From Candidatus Babelota bacterium (GTDB taxonomy: Bacteria; Babelota; Babeliae; Babelales; Vermiphilaceae): a stretch of 32,000 bases of DNA. The stretch is from positions 60,001 through 92,000 of the forward strand of contig JBDHVY010000001.1 of assembly GCA_039809905.1 (NCBI GenBank), written 5' to 3'. Shown piece by piece: positions 8,481 through 18,830 of the stretch. The notes under the pieces are model-generated. The model saw only the letters and a program-made list of their open reading frames with translations. It had not been told where the DNA came from and did no database searches. Numbering within the stretch: the stretch's first letter is position 1; every line of letters starts with the position of its first letter. A program made the position numbers and the translations under genes.

Positions 8481-10145
8481 TTAGAGTGCAGGCGGCGTTG
8501 GAACTCCTAAAACCTGGCACAGTACCAATGCAACAATATATGCTGAATAACAGGTATTACCATTGATTGTTTCTGGTACAACACTGTTATCACCAATATA
8601 CACATTTTGCAAACCGAATACTTTCAAGTTGCCATCAACAACACCATTGGAGATATCAGTTCCCATGCGAGCAGTTCCTACAGCATGTGATTGTATAGTC
8701 ATTTGACTCAATGCTGCTTGTACTAAATCTGCATCAGTTGCAAACTGTGCCGGTGCAGGATATAAGAGAGTTTCTCCTGATAAAGTCGCAACTTGCTGCA
8801 TAATTTTATAGAAAGAAGCTTGTAAATATGCATCAGTTCCTGGTGTAGTTACTGGACCATCATTAAACAATCCAATCTCTACCTTAGGCTGTAAGAAGGG
8901 ATTACTAGAACTTATCGTCACAGAACCTCTGCTTGATGGATTTGTTAATGCTGAAAGCGCCTGTAACAATTCTGCTGCGATTGGTATATTGATTATTTGT
9001 ATACGACGTTCACCATCATTTGGCATATAAGGAAAACCGGTAATGAATGCTTCTGCTTCAAATTCTACGTTTCCGGTCATAATTGCTGATCCACCATATT
9101 GGCACTGTAAGTTTTGACCTACCTGTGGACTATCTAGTACAACAGGAATACCAACTTCATCCAGTTGTGCTGCTGGTCCAACACCAGATTGCAATAATAT
9201 TCTTGGTGTTTGAATTGAACCGGCTGCTAAAATAAGCACACCTGTATCTTTTGTTAGGCTTGCTTTTGTAATTTCATATTCGATTTCATCTTTTTCGTTA
9301 TTACGAACCGTGTAGTGAACTGATGTCGCACGTTTATTACTATTAATTCTAATATCTAATGCTTGAGCATTGGTAATAACAGTCAATTTTCTACCACCTA
9401 TACCATGTCCATTTGCATCGATTACATTATTAAGATATTCAAATGCTGAAAAACTTCTACGGCTATTAGGCGCTGGCGTAATAAATTGTTGTACTGCTGA
9501 AATACCAATGTTACCAGATGGTGGATTATTATAATCCGCAACAAAAGGAGATTCTGTAACTGTTGATAATGCACTTAAATAATTACCTGCAGTTTGATCA
9601 ACAGGAGGATTTTGTGTTACTGAAATTGGACCATACAATCCTCGTTCTGCCGGGTTTATAGGTGTTCCATTCGGCGTATATTTTTCCAGCGTTTTCATCA
9701 AATTCAAAACATTGCCAAAATATGACCAACGTGGATTTCCTGTTGTTTCTGCCCATCCATCATAAATGTCGGGAGTTCCTCGTACAGCTATAAGAAAATT
9801 GTGAGCTCCACCACCACCAAGCTCGTGTCCTTCAGAATAGGTATACAGCGTTAAAGGTGGCAACAACGAAGGATAAACAATTGAATATTTTGGATCAGCA
9901 AGTAATGCTCCTGCATTATTGAACCAAATAGGATCAAGCGTTACCGGATCAGTTACATAATCACCACCCGCTTCAAGCAGCAATACGGATTTGTGAAAAT
10001 TATCACTTAGCTTGCGTGCTTCGATGCATCCAGCAGCACCACCGCCAATAATAATATAATCATAGCGTTTTTTTCCTTTTGCACTCATCATACCCGTACA
10101 TAAGAAAAGCATTGCTATGCTAATGCCTTTAAAACAGATCTTCAT
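8481..10145 (-). CDS. GMC-family FAD-dependent oxidoreductase (choline dehydrogenase-like), with signal peptide
   Basis: N-terminal YDYIIIGGGAAGCIEARKLS (GxGxxG FAD fold). C-terminal GMC signature region HAVGTARMG...VVDGNLKVFGLQNVYIGDNSVVP. Confidence 0.85.
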   Translation of the reverse strand: MKICFKGISIAMLFLCTGMMSAKGKKRYDYIIIGGGAAGCIEARKLSDNFHKSVLLLEAGGDYVTDPVTLDPIWFNNAGALLADPKYSIVYPSLLPPLTLYTYSEGHELGGGGAHNFLIAVRGTPDIYDGWAETTGNPRWSYFGNVLNLMKTLEKYTPNGTPINPAERGLYGPISVTQNPPVDQTAGNYLSALSTVTESPFVADYNNPPSGNIGISAVQQFITPAPNSRRSFSAFEYLNNVIDANGHGIGGRKLTVITNAQALDIRINSNKRATSVHYTVRNNEKDEIEYEITKASLTKDTGVLILAAGSIQTPRILLQSGVGPAAQLDEVGIPVVLDSPQVGQNLQCQYGGSAIMTGNVEFEAEAFITGFPYMPNDGERRIQIINIPIAAELLQALSALTNPSSRGSVTISSSNPFLQPKVEIGLFNDGPVTTPGTDAYLQASFYKIMQQVATLSGETLLYPAPAQFATDADLVQAALSQMTIQSHAVGTARMGTDISNGVVDGNLKVFGLQNVYIGDNSVVPETINGNTCYSAYIVALVLCQVLGVPTPPAL

Positions 10146-10314
10146 ACAACTCCTTTAAAAAAAATAAAACAATACCGACCGTCATTCTACTATTATGTCG
10201 TGCACAAATCAACGGTATTGCCTAATGAATAAAATCAACAAAAAAACAATTGAATTTATATGAGATCTTGCAGTAGCTTATAAAAAATATATTACCATAG
10301 CACAAAGGTTTTTT

Positions 10315-12789
10315 ATGAAATTACTACGCGCTATCGCTTGCATTATATTCTTTTGCATCGTTCATGCCAGCAAAGCAGAATACCAATATATAACATTTCT
10401 CAAAGATGTATCTCTCTCAGATATTCCACTGGTTGGCGGAAAAAATGCCTCACTAGGACAAATGATTAATTCATTAACCTCTCAAGGCATTCGAGTTCCG
10501 AATGGATTTGCTATCACAGTTGATGGATATGCTCGTTACATTACATATAATAATTTAACTGAAAAGATAACTGATTTAACGAATCAGATTACTGATATAG
10601 ATGACTTAAAAAATCTCAAAATCATCAGCAGTGCAATTCGTTCTCTTATTGAAAATGGAATTATTCCTGATGATCTTGCAGATGAAATCACTTATGCCTA
10701 CCAGGAACTTTCCGATCAGTATAATGAAGCATATTGCGATGTAGCGGTACGCTCATCTGCAACGGCAGAAGATCTTCCTGATGCTTCTTTTGCAGGACAA
10801 CAAGATACTTATCTACACGTACAAGGAATTGATAATGTTCTTACGTATTACAAAAAATGCCTTGCATCATTATTTACCGATCGAGCAATTGCATATCGTG
10901 TAGAACAAAATTTTGATCAATCAGAAGTAGCACTTTCAGTTGGCATTCAAAAAATGATTCGCTCTGATCTTGCATGTTCAGGCGTTGCATTTTCACTTGA
11001 TACAGAAAGTGGATTTACTGATGCCATAATTATTAATGGATCATATGGTCTTGGTGAAGCAATAGTTCAAGGATCAGTTACTCCCGATGAATACATTGTA
11101 CATAAAACAACTCTTGAACAAGGATTTGCTCCGATCATCAAAAAACAACTGGGCGTAAAATCAACAAAAGTTATTTATAGCAATCGAAATAATAATCTTA
11201 TTGAAACAACTAATGTATCTGATGAAGATCAATTACACTATTGTCTTACCAATGATGAAATTCTAGAGCTCGCGCATATGGTTATGACAATTGAAAAACA
11301 TTATTCACAACAATACGCAAAACGCAATAAAACGTATACTGCTATGGATATCGAATGGGCAAAAGATGGCATCGATGGTAAATTATATATCGTGCAAGCA
11401 CGCCCAGAAACCGTACATACAGGAAAACAAACAAACATTCTTCAGCTCTATTCTTTATCCGAAAGTAATGGCACGCTTGCTGATTCTATTTTGGTTAAAG
11501 GAATCAGTGTTGGTCAACAAATTACCAATGGAATAGCACGAATTATTAACTCGGTAGAAGATATCGATACTATCAATTCAACAGATATTATTATCACTGA
11601 TATGACAAATCCCGATTGGGTTCCTGCAATGAAACAAGCTGCTGGAATCATTACCAATCAAGGCGGTAGAACGTGTCATGCAGCAATTGTCAGCAGAGAA
11701 CTTGGCATTCCCGCAATTGTTGGCACACAAAATGCTACAGAAAAAATAGTTTCAGGACAAGCGATAACACTTGATTGCAGCAATGGAACAATCGGATATG
11801 TATATGATGGCATTATTCCTTTTGATGTAATAAACGTGCAATTAGATACTCTTGCTACACCACCTGTGCCAATAATGGTTAATATTGCTGATCCAGATAG
11901 CGCATTTAAAATATCAATGTTGCCTACAGCAGGAATTGGTTTAGTACGCCTTGAATTTATTATCACTAATGCACTCAAAATACATCCGATGGCTCTTATC
12001 TATCCTGAAATTATCACGGATCCACATATTACCGAAAAAATTGAACAAACAACTGCTGCATACACCAATAAAACAGATTTTTTTGTTGAACAACTTGCCT
12101 GTTCTGTTGGCATGATGGCAGCAGCATTTTATCCACGACCTATCATTGTTCGTTTTTCTGATTTTAAAAGTAACGAATATTACAATCTCATTGGTGGATC
12201 ATATTTTGAACCAACAGAAGAAAATCCTATGATTGGTTTTCGTGGCGCATCGCGCTATTACCATGAACGTTATAAAGATGCATTTGCTCTTGAATGCCAA
12301 GCAATGAAAATTGTTCGTGAAAAAATGGGTCTGACAAATGTAAAACTCATGATACCATTTGTTCGTACACTCACTGAAGCAGGAAATGTTCTGGATGAAA
12401 TGCACATTAATGGATTGGAACGCGGCATCAATGGATTAGAAGTTATTATGATGTGTGAACTGCCATCAAACGTTATGCTTATTGAAGAATTTAGTAATTA
12501 TTTTGATGGATTTTCTATTGGATCTAATGATCTGACACAAACCACTCTTGGCATTGATCGCGATTCTGCACTGATCAGCCATATCTTTGATGAACGGGAT
12601 CCGGCAGTAAAAAAAATGCTCACCAAAGCTATAAAAAAAGCTAATGAAATTGGAACATATATTGGTATTTGTGGACAAGCCCCATCAGATTTTCCTGAAC
12701 TTGCACAATATCTGATAGATATTGGCATAAACTCTGTTTCTCTCACACCTGATACAGTTATTCCGTTCTTAATGCGCTACGCGCAATAA
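10315..12789 (+). CDS. ppsA: Phosphoenolpyruvate synthase (pyruvate, water dikinase) with an unusual N-terminal signal-like extension
   Basis: 824 aa. VGGKNASLGQM ATP-grasp start. Phosphohistidine region GGRTCHAAIVSRELGIPAIVG. C-terminal PEP-utilising TIM barrel (GFSIGSNDLTQ). The first 21 aa, MKLLRAIACIIFFCIVHASKA, look like a Sec signal. Confidence 0.9.
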   Translation: MKLLRAIACIIFFCIVHASKAEYQYITFLKDVSLSDIPLVGGKNASLGQMINSLTSQGIRVPNGFAITVDGYARYITYNNLTEKITDLTNQITDIDDLKNLKIISSAIRSLIENGIIPDDLADEITYAYQELSDQYNEAYCDVAVRSSATAEDLPDASFAGQQDTYLHVQGIDNVLTYYKKCLASLFTDRAIAYRVEQNFDQSEVALSVGIQKMIRSDLACSGVAFSLDTESGFTDAIIINGSYGLGEAIVQGSVTPDEYIVHKTTLEQGFAPIIKKQLGVKSTKVIYSNRNNNLIETTNVSDEDQLHYCLTNDEILELAHMVMTIEKHYSQQYAKRNKTYTAMDIEWAKDGIDGKLYIVQARPETVHTGKQTNILQLYSLSESNGTLADSILVKGISVGQQITNGIARIINSVEDIDTINSTDIIITDMTNPDWVPAMKQAAGIITNQGGRTCHAAIVSRELGIPAIVGTQNATEKIVSGQAITLDCSNGTIGYVYDGIIPFDVINVQLDTLATPPVPIMVNIADPDSAFKISMLPTAGIGLVRLEFIITNALKIHPMALIYPEIITDPHITEKIEQTTAAYTNKTDFFVEQLACSVGMMAAAFYPRPIIVRFSDFKSNEYYNLIGGSYFEPTEENPMIGFRGASRYYHERYKDAFALECQAMKIVREKMGLTNVKLMIPFVRTLTEAGNVLDEMHINGLERGINGLEVIMMCELPSNVMLIEEFSNYFDGFSIGSNDLTQTTLGIDRDSALISHIFDERDPAVKKMLTKAIKKANEIGTYIGICGQAPSDFPELAQYLIDIGINSVSLTPDTVIPFLMRYAQ

Positions 12790-12805
12790 TACCCATCTTA
12801 AACCA

Positions 12806-12836
12806 AACACGCTCTGCATTTTTTGCAGAGCGTGTT
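12806..12836. terminator. Stem-loop between convergent genes (ppsA and the ankyrin gene), likely a bidirectional terminator
   Basis: aacacgctctgca-ttttt-tgcagagcgtgtt: perfect 13-bp arms. No strong T-run on the + side. Confidence 0.5.
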
Positions 12837-12861
12837 GTCTATTCTAGAAAAAATCAATACT

Positions 12862-13647
12862 TTATTCGTAACATGTTTGTAGAGAGCCAGTTTCTGAACA
12901 ACAAGCAATTTTTAAAAAATTATCTTTTTTTGAAAGAATATCATTATCAGAAGAAAAGATATCATTATTGCAAGCTTTCCAATAAAGCATAAGTGCCATT
13001 ATTCTTAATTCTTGCTTTTGCTTATCTGTAGTATTGCCTCTTTTTAATAGTTTTTCAAAAAGAAGAAAATCTCCGTCCAGGCATGCCCTTGCAATAGGAT
13101 TCATCGATACCCAATGACAAGGTACTCGAAACTTTTTAATAATCTGCGGAATGGTTGATTTTTCAGGTGAGCCATAGCTTTTCAGTAATTTTGACATTGA
13201 TTCTGTAGTGGCAAGATCTATTGGCTTCGATCCGTTTACATCATACACATGAAGAAAATCTTTATTTTTTGGCAATAAAACCTTGGCAATCTCAAGACGA
13301 TTATACTCTGCTGCAAGATGTAGATTTATATCATGACAACACGGAATCGAATCTACATCTGTTTTAATTTTGGATAAATCAGCAATCTTTTGAGCATAAT
13401 TTGTTTCAAAAGCTGGATATCGAGTTGCTTCTATAATAAGTTTTTCTACAGAGCGATTACGAAGACATATTGGACGATTGCATAATTCACCTTTACATAA
13501 CACATCATTAGAAGAATGTCTTCTAAATAATGGAGAAAACGAAGAACGCTTTGCCAAAGTCAAAAACATGCATTCAGTCATTAGTGGAACTATAGCTAGC
13601 ATGCAGACTAAATAATTCATTTTATTGTGATTCATAATAATCCTCAT
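12862..13647 (-). CDS. Ankyrin-repeat protein with N-terminal hydrophobic signal/anchor
   Basis: ANK consensus visible: NLHLAAEYNRLEIAKVLL...DVNGSKPIDLA, and ARACLDGDFLLFEKLLKRG. Start uncertain (several in-frame Met). Confidence 0.6.
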   Translation of the reverse strand: MRIIMNHNKMNYLVCMLAIVPLMTECMFLTLAKRSSFSPLFRRHSSNDVLCKGELCNRPICLRNRSVEKLIIEATRYPAFETNYAQKIADLSKIKTDVDSIPCCHDINLHLAAEYNRLEIAKVLLPKNKDFLHVYDVNGSKPIDLATTESMSKLLKSYGSPEKSTIPQIIKKFRVPCHWVSMNPIARACLDGDFLLFEKLLKRGNTTDKQKQELRIMALMLYWKACNNDIFSSDNDILSKKDNFLKIACCSETGSLQTCYE

Positions 13648-13671
13648 TTTTTGTAAATTTAAATGTCTTTA

Positions 13672-15306
13672 TTATTTCATGGCTACTTGAGTCATCTTCA
13701 ATATCTCTTTTGCAGTTTCAGATAATTGATAGCGATAATCATGCGCGAGTCGTTGTTCTTCTTCAATGAGTTTGCTCATTTCCAAAACAATAAAAATTGT
13801 TTCTGCTGCACGTGTTACATTATCAGATGCGGAAATGGTCAAATATTCTTGCGTTGCTCCTTCTTTTATGACTCGTCTGAAATCATCAAGTGTTTTTATT
13901 TTGATGCCATTGATTTCATGCAACGTTGCACCAAGCGGCATATTGCGCCCACGATATAGTTGAGAATCAGGAAATACATGAGTAATAATCAAAACTGGTT
14001 CTGATTGATATTTTAGTTCTCCATACTTACGCAATCCTGGAGCATGGTCACCAAGCATACGAACATGATTCAAATTAAGCTCTTGAACTACCATTCCTCC
14101 AAAAATTTCATAATGAACTGATTCATATCCTGGATATATAGCTCGAATGGCTTGTAATTCAGGCAAACTAAAAGTTACCGTAAATATCTTTTTTTGCCCT
14201 TTACGATATACTACCAATGTAATGGAATCACCAATTGATAAGCGAAGCGGATAATCAACAATAGAAATTTTATCTTCACTCCATGGTACACTCATATCAC
14301 CAAACATATCAACTGCATGTCCATTGATTTCATAAATCATATCCCCTTTCATAATACCTGCTTTTTCAAGAGGACTGCCTTTAACTGTTTCAATAACATA
14401 ACAGCCACCAGGTAAAGGATTGCCTAAAAATTTAGTTAAACTTTCAGTGCTATTATTAAACCGCACACCCAAAAATGGCTTTCTCAAAATTTTTATTTCA
14501 TATAAATCATTTAAAATAGTTTTGAGGGTATTAATAGGAATTGCATAACCAACATTTTGAGCTTCAGTAACACCAGATGAATTAACACCAATTACTTCTC
14601 CACGTAAATTAAGCAATGGCCCACCAGAACTTCCTGGATTAATCGGTGCACTCATTTGAATTAAATGATGCTCATGACCACTAATAATTCCATTCGTACT
14701 CTTAAAGCATTGTTGGCCCAAAGGATATCCAACTGCAAGAACTTCATCAGAGCGTCTGACTAAGTCAGAATCACCAAGCGGCAAGTAAGGAATTCCTCCC
14801 AACTCTCTCGTTATTAATTCTTTGCTTTCATCTGTTACTCGCAGTAAAGCCAAATCACGTTCAAAACTAATCCCAACAACTTCCATATCAATAATGCGTT
14901 TACCCAATGATGGCACTTGTCCCCACACCGATTTTGCAGAACTAATCACGTGCGCATTAGTAATCAGATACCCTTGATCATTAATAAAAAAACCACTACC
15001 ACAAGCTGTGCCTTGTTGTGGTGTTTTATACGGTTCTAGAAGATCAATCGCTGAAATTTGCACAAATAATTGCACCACAGTATCACGAATACGGTCTTGA
15101 ACTGGTCGCCATAGTTGCGCACTTGAAATAACACTATCAACTATATGAGGATTTTGGTTGATAGGAACAAACGAGGTTTTTTGTTGTGATTGTTCCCACT
15201 GATTTTCTAATCGGAGTTGATTACGATAAAGATAAAACACAAAAGTGCTCAAAAAAAGAATAAATACTACTAAAATACTTATAACTACTCTATTTTTAAT
15301 TGACAT
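13672..15306 (-). CDS. HtrA/DegP-family (S1C) serine protease with PDZ-like C-terminal region, N-terminal membrane anchor
   Basis: Catalytic triad contexts: ITNAHVI (His), DLALLRV (Asp), GSSGGPLLN (Ser). PDZ-like GDMIYEINGHAV. Confidence 0.85.
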   Translation of the reverse strand: MSIKNRVVISILVVFILFLSTFVFYLYRNQLRLENQWEQSQQKTSFVPINQNPHIVDSVISSAQLWRPVQDRIRDTVVQLFVQISAIDLLEPYKTPQQGTACGSGFFINDQGYLITNAHVISSAKSVWGQVPSLGKRIIDMEVVGISFERDLALLRVTDESKELITRELGGIPYLPLGDSDLVRRSDEVLAVGYPLGQQCFKSTNGIISGHEHHLIQMSAPINPGSSGGPLLNLRGEVIGVNSSGVTEAQNVGYAIPINTLKTILNDLYEIKILRKPFLGVRFNNSTESLTKFLGNPLPGGCYVIETVKGSPLEKAGIMKGDMIYEINGHAVDMFGDMSVPWSEDKISIVDYPLRLSIGDSITLVVYRKGQKKIFTVTFSLPELQAIRAIYPGYESVHYEIFGGMVVQELNLNHVRMLGDHAPGLRKYGELKYQSEPVLIITHVFPDSQLYRGRNMPLGATLHEINGIKIKTLDDFRRVIKEGATQEYLTISASDNVTRAAETIFIVLEMSKLIEEEQRLAHDYRYQLSETAKEILKMTQVAMK

Positions 15307-15444
15307 TCCATAGATCCTATAAAAACCATTTATTCACTATATATACGTAACTTGCTACAGTGTATAACAGAATTGAAAAAAACCAAAAATGATATATCAT
15401 GTAACGCAATATAAAAATATTTCACAACTAAAGGAGTTCGTATA

Positions 15445-16386
15445 ATGCTATCAATGAGTCTATCATGTATTTTTATACTGTGTATTTCTTCTTATATATT
15501 TCCTTGCACAAAACCAGGAGAAAATCTTGCTATCGTCATGACAAATGTAAGATCAATCATTAATCCTCTTATCTCTGGTTATACCGAGCCTATTCCTGCA
15601 ATTACTCATTTAAAGGATAGAGCACCATTGGATGATGAAGTAAAAAATATTTCGCAAAAACAATCGCTACCTCTTATTAAAGTTCTTTCTGAAACATTCA
15701 AAAAATCGAATGAAACAATTGGTTTATTAATCGAAACTGATAAATCTAACCAAATAATGAGAAATCAACTGTTTCTTGCGTGCGTTTTTCGTGATGCCGC
15801 CAAGAACTCTTTGAGTGATCATCTCAATCCAAAAAATGAAAAACTCATTTCGGATGGATCTATGGATTTTAACTTCACTTATGGAAATGATGCACGGACT
15901 CAATATATGATAGCGGCACGTTCTAGCGCAATCTTATCCGCAAATGGTCCTATCTATTCTATGGTAGTAATGAAATGGCTAAAAGAACATGGAGCTCAAA
16001 CAAATATATTGGATAATACAGGCAGAGATGCAGCATTGTGGTCAATTGGATCATTTCCTGGAGAAAATCCTCACCCAATTAATTTATTTTTTGATCAAAA
16101 AGAATTTGATATCAATAAAGTATATAACGTTCAAGATATTGGCGATGAATTAATACAAGTCTATTTACCAACAACAACGCTTTTAATGGAAGCTATTTGT
16201 GTTGCATGGAAAGAAATTTATCAAAATGAGACCGCACAATTAGTTTTAGTAAAATTATTATTAGAACATGGAGCTGATGCTGACAAAGAAGTAGCAGGAG
16301 TAACACCTCTGCAATTAGCAAAAGGATATAAAAATCTTACATATAATGAAGCAGTGGTTAGATTATTACAAAAACATTCAAAATAA
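15445..16386 (+). CDS. Ankyrin-repeat protein with signal peptide
   Basis: RBS AAAGGAG 7 nt upstream. ANK-like segments MKWLKEHGAQTNILDNTGRDAAL and LVKLLLEHGADADKEVAGVTPLQLA. Confidence 0.65.
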   Translation: MLSMSLSCIFILCISSYIFPCTKPGENLAIVMTNVRSIINPLISGYTEPIPAITHLKDRAPLDDEVKNISQKQSLPLIKVLSETFKKSNETIGLLIETDKSNQIMRNQLFLACVFRDAAKNSLSDHLNPKNEKLISDGSMDFNFTYGNDARTQYMIAARSSAILSANGPIYSMVVMKWLKEHGAQTNILDNTGRDAALWSIGSFPGENPHPINLFFDQKEFDINKVYNVQDIGDELIQVYLPTTTLLMEAICVAWKEIYQNETAQLVLVKLLLEHGADADKEVAGVTPLQLAKGYKNLTYNEAVVRLLQKHSK

Positions 16387-16429
16387 ACCTTAAAAAAATT
16401 ACTTATTATTACTCTGTTTTTTAACATGC

Positions 16430-16463
16430 AAAAGGACTCCGTATGATCAAGGAGTCCTTTTTG
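16430..16463. terminator. Bidirectional rho-independent terminator between convergent genes
   Basis: aaaggactcc(16431-16440)/ggagtccttt(16451-16460), with T-runs on both strands. Confidence 0.65.
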
Positions 16464-16547
16464 ATGTATCACCGATTAAGAAAGATCAGGAAGAGCAGAT
16501 AGAGAAATTGATGATTGCTATAAACCAAAACTCAACAGAACATATCA

Positions 16548-17816
16548 TTATTTCTTATAAAACGTATTTAATTCTGTGCCAAGCCATGAATCAATAATGG
16601 CAAATCCTAAATCCTTCAAAACTTTCGGATCTGAGTTTTTCATCGCACTTTGTTTCTTCACAATATCATCATCAAAAGAAATAATGGTGCCATGGCCAGA
16701 AAAACTGATCCAATTTTTATTGCCATGTTTTTCAGATAATTTTCGCGTAATTTTTTTCCAGACATCCATGTATGATATAGCATCCAGCGGCACACCAACT
16801 TGTTGTTTAACATACGCGCCACTTTTATACGAGGACCACTTAATGCCTAATGCTATACTTCTTATTGATCCAGTATCATCAGTAAGAGCTTTATAAAAAG
16901 CTTCATTATTAATTCTTCCAATTGCAAGATACCAGGCATTTTTGGTAAGAGCATATGCAAGAACATATTCTTCGCTTGGTAAAAAATATTTTGCTAAATT
17001 AACATAATAGCCTTTACCATTCCCATTAAAACAGTTCGCATATCCCATACTCGTCAAATACCTATCATAGGTGCCCCACACAGGAAAATAAAAATCCGTT
17101 ACTGCTTTTACCTGCTCGTATAAATCCTTATCTTCCAGTAAGAATTACTTGGGCCTACGAAAGGAGAAGATAAATCATCATGATAAAATAATACTTTTTG
17201 ATGAGGATATTTCCCGCTCACCAGAGGAAATTGAAACTCATCCTCATTTTTATCTTTGAATACTGGCAAGAAAAGACCCAATGATGCTGCTAAATCCCCC
17301 ATAGAAAATACGGGCCAGCCAAATATAGTAAATTGAAACCGCTGGACAGCTTCAAAATTAATAAGAAAATATGGTACTTGAAGCGTTCCTGAATAGACAT
17401 TACTCATTTTATCATCAATTAAGCTATTGCCTTTTTTATCATAAAAATGAGGAAATACGGGTCCATATTTTTTAGCATTTTCAACGAATTGCACCAATGC
17501 TGGAAAATGCTTGCCTTCCCGCCTCATGATTAAGACTTTCAATAATTCCATGCCATTTCAACAATGGAAATATGTTTAAGGCCATCCATTCTCTGCGAGA
17601 ATAACTGGCAACTTTATTCAAATCATAAGAACCATCAGGATTTTTCATCAATTCAAGTAGTTTTAAATTAAGCATTGGTGCAATCATGCACATATCATTA
17701 CTTTGTTGATGAAAAAAATATGTTGCTTCTTTTTTTGATCCATAGCAGGATCCATTGAATAAGAAGAATGGTAGTAAAAATAATACAACTGATGCAATAA
17801 CTATTTTTTTCATCAT
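16548..17816 (-). pseudogene. Secreted-protein gene X broken by two frameshifts (ORF-track fragments 17481-17888, 17108-17551 and 16548-17081)
   Basis: Three consecutive same-strand ORFs in three different frames with overlapping or abutting ends. The first starts MMKKIVIASVVLFLLPFF (signal; AGGGA RBS before the ATG at 17816). The reading frame continues across 17081-17110 if shifted (…YTS / QVKAVTDFYFPVWGTYDRY…). Confidence 0.6.
17625..17761. repeat. 137-bp perfect direct repeat, copy A (5' part of gene X)
   Basis: Identical base for base, by my comparison, to 19200-19336. Confidence 0.85.
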
Positions 17817-17840
17817 AATATCCCTATTGTTTACAATAGC

Positions 17841-17880
17841 AAAAAGGCAATAGCTTTCAATCTGAAAACTATTGCCTTTG
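17841..17880 (-). terminator. Rho-independent terminator after the 17919-18587 gene
   Basis: aaaggcaatag(17843-17853)/ctattgccttt(17869-17879), followed by a T-run on the minus strand. Confidence 0.6.
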
Positions 17881-17918
17881 GAAAACAAATAACGACTTTA
17901 ATTGAAATCAAACAAAGC

Positions 17919-18587
17919 TTAACTAACAAAACAATGTTTATGAGACATAAAAAAATGATATCCCCACAACAACGCGCAAACGCCCATTAGTATCACAGCT
18001 GTTCGATAAAAATGTGAAGGCTGCTGCCGAGTCGATGTGTACGACATAGTTGCATCAGCGCCTCTGTGGCTATGCCAATCTCTTATTCTTTGTGAAAATT
18101 CACGGCTATGAGAATAAATACAAACTTTCCATCCCTTTTCTTGATACTTTTCTATTCTTTGAGTAAATGAATTAAAATCAAAATCTTGCTTCGGATCGGT
18201 AAAATAAAAAACAAGACCCTTTTTTTGCTCATTTCGAGCAACATATGGATTATCTATTTGAATATCTTCAATATCTCTATCAAATAAATTGTGAGCTTCT
18301 ACTCCTTGTGACACTACTCGATAAAGCCTATTATCCCCAATAAACCAATCTATTTTGCATCGATTTAATAACTGTTTTGTATACCTTAAGTCAACTACCT
18401 TTGATGCAAATCCTACCAAGTCAATTTTAGCCTCTGAATCAACAAGAATAATATGCTTAGAATTCTTACTGTTGTCCAATTCAAAAATATTTGTTCTTAA
18501 TTCACTTTTACAGACCTCTTCTATAGATACTTCTGCTCCACTAGCAATATTATTTAAAAATAAAAACAGCAATAAAAAACATTTCAC
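17919..18587 (-). CDS. Hypothetical protein with signal peptide and C-terminal transmembrane anchor
   Basis: 222-aa ORF. N-terminus MKCFLLLFLFLNNIASGA. C-terminus AVILMGVCALLWGYHFF. No family recognised. Confidence 0.6.
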   Translation of the reverse strand: MKCFLLLFLFLNNIASGAEVSIEEVCKSELRTNIFELDNSKNSKHIILVDSEAKIDLVGFASKVVDLRYTKQLLNRCKIDWFIGDNRLYRVVSQGVEAHNLFDRDIEDIQIDNPYVARNEQKKGLVFYFTDPKQDFDFNSFTQRIEKYQEKGWKVCIYSHSREFSQRIRDWHSHRGADATMSYTSTRQQPSHFYRTAVILMGVCALLWGYHFFMSHKHCFVS

Positions 18588-18830
18588 AATAATTCCCTAC
18601 TTAAATATATATAATTATTTTAACATGCTATTGCTAAATAACATACAGCATTTGCCAAAATTAAGGTCCTATCCAAAAACTCTCAATCCAACAATGATTT
18701 TTTCACATTAAAGTCTCTTATTTTCTTTTAAAAAACAAAATAACAATACCTTCCCAGACTTAATTTGTCAAAATGAGCCTAAACAGCTATTCTATATAAC
18801 ATCTCTATTGAAAACTATGTATTTTTCAGC

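Noticed and set aside
11291-12746. Several 68-100-aa ORFs inside or antisense to ppsA (11291-11536, 11676-11978, 12199-12405, 12466-12678, 12498-12746)
   Set aside because: They are embedded in a well-supported, conserved 824-aa CDS. They have low-complexity, Cys/Phe/Ile-rich translations typical of off-frame AT-rich sequence.
17481-17560. Programmed ribosomal frameshift in gene X
   Set aside because: There is no slippery heptamer or downstream structure. A second independent frameshift lies at about 17090, and a decayed paralogue is nearby. Pseudogenisation is more parsimonious.
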